A DNA stretch of 64,000 nt from Saccharolobus islandicus REY15A (GTDB lineage: Archaea > Thermoproteota > Thermoprotei_A > Sulfolobales > Sulfolobaceae). The notes under the pieces were generated by a model. That model saw nothing but the letters and a program-made list of their open reading frames with translations. It was not told the origin of the DNA and did no database searches. Where the stretch lies: the NCBI RefSeq assembly GCF_000189555.1, contig NC_017276.1; one strand, given 5' to 3'. Positions within the stretch are counted from its first letter, which is position 1, and the number at the start of each line of letters is the position of its first letter. A program made the translations under genes and the position numbers. Below are positions 31,324 to 41,358 of this stretch, piece by piece.

Positions 31324-31659
31324 TTAATTTTTGGGTCTAATCATTGGAATTATAAGTATACTTAAGCCTATTGCGATTATGAATGGCCATAAGTTAGCGT
31401 ACCATGGTGGGGGAACATGTATAGTAGGTGACGGGCCATAATAAAGCCCTTCTGGCGATCCTTCATATGGTTGTGCTATATATGTTGGATGGCCGATGGA
31501 ATAGAGCCATAAACCTATTCCCGCAAGGGCTATTGATAAAAATATGGTCGATAGGCTTCTTTTATTTGGTTTTACCCTTCCAAAATCCGGTGAGAAATAA
31601 AGAGTTAAGAAAGCCACGATTATTCCGGCAACGAAAATTAGAAGTGAAAGGAATTCCAT
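31324..31659 (-). CDS. C124-like membrane protein, intact (candidate immunity)
   Basis: GIGLWLYSI and PPPWYANLWP+TM, matching recalled SSV1 C124 GIWLKSI and PPWYANLWP. Confidence 0.78.
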   Translation of the reverse strand: MEFLSLLIFVAGIIVAFLTLYFSPDFGRVKPNKRSLSTIFLSIALAGIGLWLYSIGHPTYIAQPYEGSPEGLYYGPSPTIHVPPPWYANLWPFIIAIGLSILIIPMIRPKN

Positions 31660-31690
31660 GTTAAAAAAAAGTAGGTTAACTTAAAATATC

Positions 31691-31987
31691 TTATGGTGAG
31701 ATCCAATACAAAGCGTAATTTAGACCGTTTATTGTATTATAACTCTGGCCTTCAGATAGCTGAACATAGTTTAATCCATGAGCGCTATAATCTTGTGGAG
31801 TCCCTATACTGAAATACCATGCATACGGGTTATACCAATAGTTTATGAACACGTTATGGAATAATGTTAAACCGGATTCTGCATAATATGACGGTATAGG
31901 TGCCGTACCGCCTAAGTAGTCGGTTGCCGAAGACTGCCCCGCAACTGCATTTATAGGTTCCGGAGCTACATTAATCCACACTCCATC
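31691..31987 (-). pseudogene. C-terminal fragment of a secreted toxin-like protein
   Basis: Y/N/S-rich, no start or signal peptide; its stop is followed directly by the next SSV-type promoter. Confidence 0.6.
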
Positions 31988-32050
31988 CCAGAGACTAAAG
32001 GTAAAAGTTTAGAGGAAGCATCAAGAGAGGCAGAGTTAACAAAAGTTTAA
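31988..32050 (+). pseudogene. Orphan C-terminal tail of a sugar-porter MFS gene
   Basis: PETKGKSLEEASREAELTKV*; PETKG is the sugar-porter C-terminal motif. Confidence 0.65.
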
Positions 32051-32278
32051 CTTTAAGAAGAGTGTTTTTTTTAATTTTTGTGTTTCTATTGGACTTTTTT
32101 ATAATTCCCTTCAAAATTGTAATTAATACTAGCTAAACGCTCATAAATTATCAATCCACTAAACCAAGAGCTATTGTTAATAACAAAACGCTATTGCATT
32201 TCTAGAATCAGTCTCATAAAAGATTATTTTCAACTAATTCGAACGCATCTTTAATTACTTTTTTAGCTAATACTTACT

Positions 32279-32716
32279 GTGATTATCTTGAAAGGTAACA
32301 AAATCGATTATCTATTTCTCCTCTTTGGTCTCTTAGGATTAAGCACAATGATCTACTCTTACCTATCCTTTGGCTTAGACGTGATAAGTAGGAACAGTTG
32401 TACCATAAATTCCGTGATAAGTTGCTCATCAGTGGAAAACAGTATATACTCAACGTTTCTAGGGATAAAATTGTACTACTACGGAATGGCCTACTTTTCA
32501 GCCATAATAGTACTCTCATTACTTGTCGTAAAGGGGACAGTAAAGAACATAATTGGTTACGTAATTTCCCTACTGAGTATTATAGCCTCCATCATATCGG
32601 TTTATTTAATATATACTGAAATATTCTTGTTAGGACACATATGTATAGTATGTACTTTAGCACATGTCTCAATTTTCAGCGTTCTAATCCTCTCCGTGAT
32701 TAAGTTCAAGGTATGA
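32279..32716 (+). CDS. Vitamin K epoxide reductase (VKOR) family protein
   Basis: CTINSVISCSSV loop cysteines and the CIVC active site. Confidence 0.88.
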   Translation: MIILKGNKIDYLFLLFGLLGLSTMIYSYLSFGLDVISRNSCTINSVISCSSVENSIYSTFLGIKLYYYGMAYFSAIIVLSLLVVKGTVKNIIGYVISLLSIIASIISVYLIYTEIFLLGHICIVCTLAHVSIFSVLILSVIKFKV

Positions 32717-33472
32717 CTACTTTCAAAAGCGTTCACTTAGCCCTAATACCGCAACTTGAGGAGAGATTGAGTAAAATTGGAGACGTTAAAGTAATGAATG
32801 AAGTTAAAAAGCTTAAGTCGGCCCTACCAAATAACGTAGTTCTAGTTACAATGGATAAAAACCTGGCTTCAAACATTTCGTTAAACTTGAAAACAATAAC
32901 GCTAGAGAGTTACGAATAAACAATACGATACGGGTGAGTTCTTACATTGCTTAAGCTATTACCCTCAATACAGTTTCAATAAGGGTTTTAGAAAGGTCTT
33001 ATACCTGGAATTTGAGGGAAAAGACGTAGGTAAGATCAGTTATAACACTGAGGATTTACTAACAGTAAACGTGGAGACGTTAGATAGTGAACTACCCCGC
33101 CCTTACGGACAGGGCATCTCCACCTCACGATGGGGATTTCCTGCTTCTCAGAGCAACCTCGATCCCCCTTCACCCACAGCGGAGGTTCCATCGAACGGAA
33201 CCGTTCTGTAATGCCCCGTGTGGAAGAGGGGTTACGGAGGGTTGCTCTCCACAGGCGTAAGTTCCCCCAGTCCCAAGGGTACGGCCCAGCTCTTACAGCC
33301 GAGGCCTAAGAATTATCTATTTTTTGCAATAAAAAGGTTTCTATAAGGGGGCTATTCATCCCCTACCTTACGGAAGGGGACTTTCGCCCCCTTAACCCCT
33401 AATTAAGTTAAATACAATTACGCCAAAGTTTTAGAGGCTAAAAAGCATCATAAAACCCTCTTCATGAACTAG
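32713..33472 (+). pseudogene. Hypothetical gene, frameshifted near 32915 and interrupted by SMN1
   Basis: Frame VETLD-I-KYNYAK is restored on removing 33087-33407. Confidence 0.5.
33087..33407 (-). mobile_element. SMN1-type MITE, intact, 321 bp
   Basis: Minus strand: TTTAA target (33408-33412), CTTAATTAGGGG start, TAGTTCAC end. Confidence 0.95.
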
Positions 33473-33479
33473 CTTTCTT

Positions 33480-33890
33480 CACCAATTGACCTCTCGTGAG
33501 TCCCTCACCATTTTCTTATCCTCGTAAAAGGCCTTAACCTTCTATTTCGACTTTTTACCATTAAAAACCTCAATTAGAGTTGCCCTCTTTAATTTTCTTC
33601 CAATACTAATGGGCATTAAGTGCTTAACATCTACGTGATATCTCACAGTAGTCTTCCGTTTGCCCCTACACTTTCATTTCACTCATTTTATCTTCAATCA
33701 TGATCGAGTATAGGGACTTAGCCCTCAACCACCTTTTAGGTGGGTCATGGGACTCCTTCGAGCCCAACGGCACGGGGCTCACATCTCCGTAATCACTCTC
33801 ACCCTTTTGGGCATAGCCCACATCGGCGTGAGAGGTCATCCTTATATTAATTTTTTGTTATAAATAGATATAAAAAGATTTCTATTAACA
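33480..33890 (-). mobile_element. IS110-family (ISC1229-like) left end plus decayed transposase start
   Basis: GC-rich ~200-nt structured leader, then a frameshifted MKCRGKRKTT-like start at 33677. Confidence 0.6.
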
Positions 33891-33901
33891 TGAAAAAGGA
33901 T

Positions 33902-34070
33902 TCAGCCCTTTTCCAAATACTTTTGAGCTAGCTCAAGGTCCACGTTTTCCATAAAGGCAATCATCAAGGGAGTTGATAAAACGTTAACGTTACCACTTCC
34001 AACTACAACTGATGAATGTTCTTGCCTAATTAGAAAGACCTTTTCCAAACTCTCCCCAACCTTAATGAGA
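33902..34070 (-). pseudogene. Thioesterase (FlK-like) N-terminal fragment
   Basis: VGSGNVNVLSTPLMIAFMEN motif followed by an early TGA. Confidence 0.6.
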
Positions 34071-34124
34071 GAAGAGAGGGAAAATGAAAAATAAAGTTAA
34101 TAGTCTAAGCGTTAAAGAGATAGT

Positions 34125-34754
34125 ATGACAGTCCTCTTGTTTGGCTTCGAACCCTTTTTGGAATACAAGGAAAATCCATCTCAGTTAATTGTTGAAGCCT
34201 TAAATGGAAGTACCATATTAAAGGAAGAGGTCAAAGGTGTGATATTGCCAGTTGAGTATGAGAAGATAGAGGATTTAATAGTTACGAAAATTAGAGAGAT
34301 GAAACCAATATTAACTTTAGGAATTGGTGTAGCCCCGGGTAGGGCGAAGATAACTCCAGAGAAGATAGCCATAAACTACAAGTACTCAAGGGAAGGAGAT
34401 AACGCTGGGAAGAAGTACAAGGGAGAGAAGATTGACCCCCTAGGGCAAGACGGTATCTTTACGAATATACCAGTTGAGGACCTCGTAGACTTATTGAATG
34501 AAAACGGAATACCAGCTGAATTGAGCTTAAGTGCTGGTAGCTATCTGTGTAATAACGCAATGTACATCATAATTAGGGAAGCTAGAAAGTACAATAGCTT
34601 AGGTGGTTTCATTCACGTTCCCTTACACGAGTCATATGCCGCGAGAATACAACGACCTATTCCATCTATGAGTTTAGATACTATGATAAGGGGAATAAGG
34701 TTATCAATGGAATTTATATTAACAAATAAAAAAGAGAATCTTACCTTCTCCTAG
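34125..34754 (+). CDS. pcp: Pyrrolidone-carboxylate peptidase
   Basis: [30 protein letters not shown]. Confidence 0.96.
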   Translation: MTVLLFGFEPFLEYKENPSQLIVEALNGSTILKEEVKGVILPVEYEKIEDLIVTKIREMKPILTLGIGVAPGRAKITPEKIAINYKYSREGDNAGKKYKGEKIDPLGQDGIFTNIPVEDLVDLLNENGIPAELSLSAGSYLCNNAMYIIIREARKYNSLGGFIHVPLHESYAARIQRPIPSMSLDTMIRGIRLSMEFILTNKKENLTFS

Positions 34755-34844
34755 TTGTCGTTGTCAACAGTTTACAGTAAATTGTGAAGTTTGTGTTATT
34801 TTTGACTATTGAAATACCCTTATGAAGGTTTTGAAAAGTCTAGA

Positions 34845-35753
34845 TCATTTTATTATGTGAGAAGCTATAATTTCTACCCCTTCCTCTTCAAGCTTCTTCT
34901 TTACCTTTTTGTCTACATAGTTTGCTACAAGGAATATTTTTATCTTCTTATCCTTATACTTAGTATAGAACAACTTTTTCCTTATGATAATTTGATCGTA
35001 AGCCCCTTTGTCTGCTAAATTCTTTATTTCAAATACGTAAACGTAATCATTGGTTTCGTAAAAGTCAACCTCAAACACCTTGCCTTTCTCTATCACTCCC
35101 TCTTCATCTTTTATCATACCATGTACTACTCTCTTAGGATCAACTCCGTGTAGCTCTAAAGCCTTTTTATAAAGTTTTAGCATTGTCCTTTCCATTCCTT
35201 TTCCCGCCCTATTAGTGAAACTTCCCACTTCTACTGAAAGTTTCATAACGGCTCTTTGTAATTTGCGTACTGCCTTCTGCAGACCTTCGATTGCCTCTCC
35301 TTGCTTTTTGACAGCTTCTTGAAGTGATGTTATTGCTTCCGTATGCTTATTCACCGTCTCTTGTAATGACTTTACTGCTTCTTGGAGAGATTGAATTGCC
35401 TCTCCTTGCTTTTTGACAGCTTCTTGAAGTGATGTTATTGCTTCCGTATGCTTATTCACCGTCTCTTGTAATGACTTTACTGCTTCTTGGAGAGATTGAA
35501 TTGCCTCTCCTTGCTTTTTGACAGCTTCTTGAAGTGATGTTATTGCTTCCGTATGCTTATTCACCGTGTTCTGTAACGAAGATATTGCTTCTCCTTGTCT
35601 CTTAACTTCCTCTTGTAAGGCTTTTACGTTAGCAATCGTTTCTTCTAATTTCTTTATAACTATTTCATCCTTAAGCTTGCCATATATTTTATCAGCTAAG
35701 GCTGAAAGTAATTGTGGATTGTTAAGGATCTCATCGGCAATCTTTCCACTCAT
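34845..35753 (-). CDS. Coiled-coil heptad-repeat protein with C-terminal PD-(D/E)xK nuclease-like domain
   Basis: 35-aa repeats; EVDFYE...VFEIKN motif. Confidence 0.8.
   Translation of the reverse strand: MSGKIADEILNNPQLLSALADKIYGKLKDEIVIKKLEETIANVKALQEEVKRQGEAISSLQNTVNKHTEAITSLQEAVKKQGEAIQSLQEAVKSLQETVNKHTEAITSLQEAVKKQGEAIQSLQEAVKSLQETVNKHTEAITSLQEAVKKQGEAIEGLQKAVRKLQRAVMKLSVEVGSFTNRAGKGMERTMLKLYKKALELHGVDPKRVVHGMIKDEEGVIEKGKVFEVDFYETNDYVYVFEIKNLADKGAYDQIIIRKKLFYTKYKDKKIKIFLVANYVDKKVKKKLEEEGVEIIASHIIK
35291..35567. repeat. 105-bp in-frame tandem repeat, about 2.6 units
   Basis: Units start at 35291, 35396 and 35501. Confidence 0.95.
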
Positions 35754-36036
35754 ATTTAATCGTTTCGTTTAAAGGCTTATAAATAATGTGGAGGTAGATA
35801 AAGCTAAACCCAGTGGATGTTAAGTACGCTGGAGTGAGGTAGGGTAGCTTCTTGTGTGCGAAGCATAATTCTGGATCTTATCTCATAATATTGAATAGGA
35901 AGGATTGTAATGTAGTGGGGTTTTTTAGTGAGAGTCATGTTTATGGTGTCGTAGTCTTGGCTGAAATGTATATATCTTCTAAATATACTTTCATTTTTTT
36001 ACCACAGATTATAATCATACCATAGGGATAAAAAGT

Positions 36037-36609
36037 TTGAGAAAAATTTCCATTGAATGGGACGGTAAGATTTTGGTGCTATCTGACATTCATTATCCGT
36101 ATTGCGATATCGATGAGATAAATAAAATAATGCTGTCTGAGAGACCCTCACTAACAGTTCTTTTAGGGGATATAATTGTCTCTAAAAGTGAGGATTATAG
36201 GAACTTTATTGACAAGTTAAAAATTAGAAAGAATATAATCTACGTTAAAGGCGACGAGGACAAGTTTAGAGGAGATTTTGATTTGATTAAGATTAAGAAT
36301 AATGGTAAGCGTTTCATTCTACTTCATGGTCATCAATACTTTAACGAAAATAATGAATATAGTCTAGCTAAAGTGTTAAAGAAAATGGACGATAATATTC
36401 CACCTTTACTCTTCTGTATATTTTTTAGAATTGTGCTTAGAAATTTCAAAGACACGATTATATTAGGTCACTCTCATGCATTAAGATTTTTTAAGACGAT
36501 TAATTGCGTAAATGCAGGTACTTTGTCTAATGTAATCAATTTATACAATGATAGGGGCTACGTTGTATTAGATAATGGTAACGTTAAATTAGTTCAGAGT
36601 AAAATTTAA
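36037..36609 (+). CDS. Metallophosphoesterase
   Basis: LSDIHYP, LLGDI, LHGH, LGHSH. Confidence 0.85.
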   Translation: MRKISIEWDGKILVLSDIHYPYCDIDEINKIMLSERPSLTVLLGDIIVSKSEDYRNFIDKLKIRKNIIYVKGDEDKFRGDFDLIKIKNNGKRFILLHGHQYFNENNEYSLAKVLKKMDDNIPPLLFCIFFRIVLRNFKDTIILGHSHALRFFKTINCVNAGTLSNVINLYNDRGYVVLDNGNVKLVQSKI

Positions 36610-37352
36610 AAAATGATATAGGGTTCAATATCAACTATAAAATGTTCAGAATATGGATGAATCAAGCTTAAAATGAATTATCAAAAGATAGGAGTTTACC
36701 CGTGCCGTAACTTCTCCTTACTTTTAATTACTTTCAATTCCGCCACGGCCACCCCTTAAGGGATCATAGAGTCTGACATTAAGATATAAATTTCCTTTCT
36801 AATATTCCAAACGTATATAAGTATGTCAGTTTAACGTCTTCTCTTTATGAAGATCCGTTAATCTAATTAATTTGTAGGTCAGTGATGGCAGTATGTATAA
36901 TTTGAGCAATTATATTCATTTAAAATTTAGTTTAAATTCCTCTGAAATATTTCTCTTTAATGTTTTATTTCATATAAAATTTAAAAAATTATAACATTCT
37001 CTCTTTTGCAATGAGTAAATTTTATCACAAATGTCAACTGAATTAATACTTTGTATGATTTATACTGGAGTAGCAAAATTATTGTTAACACTAATAATAT
37101 TGTGATAAACTACAAATAATACTTTCACGAATTAGCGTAATCTTTAGCGTAAAGAACTATAATCCATACATTTTTACATGAAAATAATTTTTGCCTCAAA
37201 AATGCCGCTATCAAATTTCCCAATGATGATATGTTTGCCTAAAGTTTCAAAATTTTATCAAATTTCATATATTACTACGATTTTTATACTCTGCTCGTTA
37301 GACAATTTCTTCAGGATTAAAAAAGTCTTCATTGTTATACTGATAAAAATCA

Positions 37353-38222
37353 CTACTTTTTGTTAATGTGTTTTACGAACCTAAGATAAGGTTTTAATAC
37401 GTGATCCCAGAACAGAGCTCCAAGTATGCCCCCTATGAAATCTGGAATACCGTAAACGTAGAAGTACTCTCCCCTAAAGTTAAATGCACCAGTTCTATAA
37501 CCGAATAGATATAAAGCAAGCATAGGTCCCCAACTTCTAGCCTCATTTATCATCCCTCCCGTTAACTGAGCTTCGAAAAGTAAGAAGGGCATTACATATC
37601 CAATACCTATTGCCCACGGAGCTAATGACTGGCTATAGAAGGGTGAATCTGGATCCGTAACTGCTATTACTATCAACAGTAACAAAAAGGTCATTAATGC
37701 CTCAGCAAAGGCTCCCTTCCATAAGGGAAATATTTGATTTACTTGAGAGTATAAAATACCTGCGCTACTAACGTTAGGTAAATAGCTTTTAGGCCAATAT
37801 TGAGGCCAAAAACCGGGTTCAGGATATTGAGTAAAGAAAGCTGCTCCTATATTAGCGTATAGAAAAGGTGGAGGATCTATTCTGGTTATTACACCTCCCC
37901 ACCATATCAATAACACTCCTGCAGCTGCGGCAGCTCCTAAAATCTGGAAAACGATGTAAGGAATTACATCAATCCACTTAATACGCTTAGTTACAGCAAA
38001 CGCTAACGTTACATTAGGGTTTATATGAGCTCCACTAATTGGTCCAACAGCGTAAATCGCCAACACTACTCCAAACCCCCAGCTTACCATAATAAATCCG
38101 AAACTGGGTTGGCCAGTCAGTGTCGAGGCTACTACAGCACCGTCCCCGAATAGTATTAGTATGAAAGTTCCTACAAATTCAGCGAAATACCTCCATAAAG
38201 AGTCCTTCAGAACTACAGACAT
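37353..38222 (-). CDS. glpF: MIP-family glycerol uptake facilitator
   Basis: AEFVGT, SGAHINPN, INEARSWGP; directly downstream of glpK. Confidence 0.88.
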   Translation of the reverse strand: MSVVLKDSLWRYFAEFVGTFILILFGDGAVVASTLTGQPSFGFIMVSWGFGVVLAIYAVGPISGAHINPNVTLAFAVTKRIKWIDVIPYIVFQILGAAAAAGVLLIWWGGVITRIDPPPFLYANIGAAFFTQYPEPGFWPQYWPKSYLPNVSSAGILYSQVNQIFPLWKGAFAEALMTFLLLLIVIAVTDPDSPFYSQSLAPWAIGIGYVMPFLLFEAQLTGGMINEARSWGPMLALYLFGYRTGAFNFRGEYFYVYGIPDFIGGILGALFWDHVLKPYLRFVKHINKK

Positions 38223-39728
38223 TTAAACCTGATCTCCTACAACTTTAGCCCATCCCATAGCTCTCTTTACAGCCTCCTTCCATCCAGAGTACAATGCCCT
38301 CCTTTTCTCCTCACTCATACTTGGAATGAACTCCTTATCAACCTTCCATATGCTCCTTAACTCCTCTAAAGAGTTCCATAAGCCTACACCTAAACCGGCT
38401 AACATCGCAACTCCCATAGAAGTGGTTTCCATAACTTTAGGTCTGATTACCTTAATACCTAATATATCAGCCTGGAATTGCATTAAAAGGTTATCCTTAG
38501 CTGCACCTCCATCAACCTTAAGCGAATTTATACTAATGCCAGATTCCTTTTGCATCACCTCAATCACATCTCTAGTTTGATATGCTATTGATTCTAAAAT
38601 AGCCCTAGCTATATGAGCTTTAGTAGTTCCTCTAGTTATGCCTATTATGAGACCTCTAGCATAAGGATCCCAGTAAGGAGCTCCCAATCCAACAAAAGCT
38701 GGAACGAAATAAACACCACCGTTATCTTCCACACTTGAGGCTAAAGGTTCAATCTCATCTGAAACGTCTATTGCCCTTAAGCCGTCCCTAAACCATTGGA
38801 CAGCTGCACCAGTTATGAATATACTCCCCTCTAATGCATACGTTACCTTATTCTTTTCAAGACCCCAGGCTATTGTAGTTAAGAGGTTTTCTGATCGTAT
38901 TGGGTTATTGCCTATATTCATTAAAATGAAACTACCGGTACCATAAGTAGCTTTTATCTCACCTACGTTAAACGCTACCTGACCGAATAAAGCTGCTTGT
39001 TGGTCTCCTGCATCCCCAGATATAGGTATTAAGTTTCCTAACGCCTCACTATAACCGTAAATTTCACTTGATGGTTTAACCTCTGGCAATATAGATTCGG
39101 GTATTTTTAGAAGTTCTAAGATTTCTCTATCCCATTCCAATTTATTTATATTAAAAAGCATTGTTCTAGAAGCGTTAGAGTAATCAGTTACATGAGCTTT
39201 TCCGTTCGTAAGCCTCCAGATCAAATAAGTATCTATAGTCCCGAACTTAATTTCTCCTCTTTCTGCTTTCTCCCTAACATTGGGCACATTATCAAGTATC
39301 CACTTTATCTTAGATGCACTAAAGTAAGGGTCTGGAACTAACCCAGTTTTGTCCTTTATCATTTTAAAGTAATTTGCTTTTAGCCAGTCCGTTATTGGAG
39401 AAGTTCTTCTATCCTGCCATACAATTGCATTGTAAACCGGTTTACCGCTTTTAGCATCCCATAATATCGTTGTCTCCCTTTGGTTTGTTATCCCTATTGC
39501 TACTATTTGTTTAGCATCTATTTTACTTATAGCCTTCTTTATGGCTAACATTTGAGCTTCCCATATTTCCTCTGGATTATGTTCCACATAGCCAGGTTGA
39601 GGATAGTGCTGCGGGAATTCATATTGCCCTATGTTTACTATGTTTAAGTCACTATCGAAGAGTATAGCCCTAGCACTTGTAGTACCCTCATCTAGGGCTA
39701 GAACAAACTTATGTGACATAGTATTCAT
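38223..39728 (-). CDS. glpK: Glycerol kinase
   Basis: [38 protein letters not shown]. Confidence 0.97.
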   Translation of the reverse strand: MNTMSHKFVLALDEGTTSARAILFDSDLNIVNIGQYEFPQHYPQPGYVEHNPEEIWEAQMLAIKKAISKIDAKQIVAIGITNQRETTILWDAKSGKPVYNAIVWQDRRTSPITDWLKANYFKMIKDKTGLVPDPYFSASKIKWILDNVPNVREKAERGEIKFGTIDTYLIWRLTNGKAHVTDYSNASRTMLFNINKLEWDREILELLKIPESILPEVKPSSEIYGYSEALGNLIPISGDAGDQQAALFGQVAFNVGEIKATYGTGSFILMNIGNNPIRSENLLTTIAWGLEKNKVTYALEGSIFITGAAVQWFRDGLRAIDVSDEIEPLASSVEDNGGVYFVPAFVGLGAPYWDPYARGLIIGITRGTTKAHIARAILESIAYQTRDVIEVMQKESGISINSLKVDGGAAKDNLLMQFQADILGIKVIRPKVMETTSMGVAMLAGLGVGLWNSLEELRSIWKVDKEFIPSMSEEKRRALYSGWKEAVKRAMGWAKVVGDQV

Positions 39729-39846
39729 TATTTATGTATACATATATTTAAATTTTAATATTTAATTGTGAAGTTAGGTTTATAAAGATGACACAATGCA
39801 TTCTCCATAAATAAAATTTAGGATAACGTTTAATAAATATCAGTCA

Positions 39847-40184
39847 GATCTGACTAATATGTTTTATATAAGGAGTTAGAGAATTACGAAGTAGAAGGTA
39901 GGAATTTCAAGGCAATCTTTAAGCTTGACGTATCTCAGCTTGGAATCCCGCATATTTCAACATTAACTGCTAGTATTAATTCTATAATTATGGATGAGGG
40001 TAATAAAATTGAAGTAGTAGGCAATGGGAGGTCTACCAGCGTAGGAATAAAAATTAGCATCCTAATGGAATTAATTGAAACTAGAGCAACAGTTAAGGTA
40101 TCATGTAACGCTATAATAGACTACTTAGGTATGCTAATGAGGTTAATTGGCGACAGAGTTTCTCGAATGCAAATAATTCAATAA
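39847..40184 (+). pseudogene. CoxG/SRPBCC-like remnant
   Basis: Open frame from 39870 (ELENYEVEGRNFKAIFKL...) with a broken N-terminus. Confidence 0.45.
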
Positions 40185-40527
40185 ATGTAATGCGGTAGAA
40201 ATAACATATAATAACATATTGTGAGTAAAAGCCAATTTCATGTTTGAATATAAGAGAAGATTCGTATTTTATTGTAATACAAAATAATAGGTTATAGAGA
40301 AAAATTGAATTTTAAACATAGTCTGCATCTTTCGTAAGGATTTCATACCCTCAATTCCCTATAGGTATCACTCAAGCTCCACTTAAAGTTAAAATTCAAA
40401 ATTTCCCAAGGTCTTACGTTTTCTTTTGAATGATTATCTATAGACTTATACATAGATTTATTCAATTATTTGTAGTCCTGGCAATTCTCTTAACAATGTT
40501 TTTAAAAGATTTAACTATCTTTTATTT

Positions 40528-41319
40528 ATGGATGAGATTGATAGGAAGATACTCTTCTATTTGCTTAAAGATGGTAGAATTTCGCAGAATAAGCTTGCCA
40601 AGCTCCTTAATATTTCTTCACCTAGTATTAATGCTAGGTTCAGAAGATTGCTTGAAGAAGGAATAATAAGGAGTTTCAAATTATTTGTGAATCCAAATAT
40701 TTGTGGAAAATATTTTATGTATGTTGCATTTCCGAATTTGAGAGATATAGAGGATGATAGGATATTCGTCAAATTTAGATGTCTAGAAAACTTTAACGTC
40801 TATGGAATAGAGGCTGAGAATCTATCTGAAATAGATAGAGTAATTGAAGATTTTTCTCTGACGTTAGGAAGTCCTATAATGAAATATGCCCCTAGGCAAA
40901 ATCTTATTATTATGAAAAAAAATATAGCTAAAATTTTGTCTGTTCTTTCTGAGAATCCAAGGGCTGAAATTAGGGAAATTGCACTAAAAACTAGTTATAA
41001 AGCAGAAAAAATAAGAAGAACATTATTGAAATTAAAGGAAATTGTTAGGATAGTCCCCGAGGTTGATCTAATAAAAGCTGACTCGTTGCTTTTAGGTATA
41101 TTTACCAAGAAACTTGAGGAAATTAAGCGTTTTACTGTTCACTGTTCAGTGATTACCATAGATAATACAGAGGGTGAAGGTGTTGAAATATGCTTTACTG
41201 GTGGTATTAAAGAGTCTAAAAACATTGTTGATCTAGTTAGAAGAATTGATCCATATGCTCAAGTAATGCTAGTTTACGACTACTTAATTAGAGGTATAAA
41301 AGCTTTTTCTAACTGTTGA
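40528..41319 (+). CDS. Lrp/AsnC-type regulator with duplicated HTH
   Basis: MDEIDRKIL...ISSPSINARFRRL; second HTH NPRAEIREIA. Confidence 0.85.
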   Translation: MDEIDRKILFYLLKDGRISQNKLAKLLNISSPSINARFRRLLEEGIIRSFKLFVNPNICGKYFMYVAFPNLRDIEDDRIFVKFRCLENFNVYGIEAENLSEIDRVIEDFSLTLGSPIMKYAPRQNLIIMKKNIAKILSVLSENPRAEIREIALKTSYKAEKIRRTLLKLKEIVRIVPEVDLIKADSLLLGIFTKKLEEIKRFTVHCSVITIDNTEGEGVEICFTGGIKESKNIVDLVRRIDPYAQVMLVYDYLIRGIKAFSNC

Positions 41320-41358
41320 CTAGAAAGCTCTTTTCATATAACTATTGCTCTATATCTT

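Larger units (their letters stand above)
27667..31987 (-). mobile_element. Fusellovirus (SSV)-derived toxin/immunity island, no integrase
   Basis: B129-, A291- and C124-like ORFs, SSV-type promoters, start of a VP4-like ORF (MKWEL); right edge abuts an orphan MFS tail. Confidence 0.8.

Noticed and set aside
27667-31987. Complete integrated SSV provirus
   Set aside because: No integrase, tRNA att site, replication or capsid genes; only about 4.3 kb of viral-type sequence
33715-33850. GC-rich island as a possible tRNA or C/D-box sRNA
   Set aside because: No cloverleaf, T-loop or clear C/D boxes; context indicates an IS110 leader
35291-35567. Regularly spaced repeats as a possible CRISPR array
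   Set aside because: Units are contiguous 105-bp in-frame coding repeats with no unique spacers
36690-36780. GC-richer patch ending GGGATCATAGAGTCTGAC, possible IS end
   Set aside because: No partner end, TSD or transposase fragment could be supported
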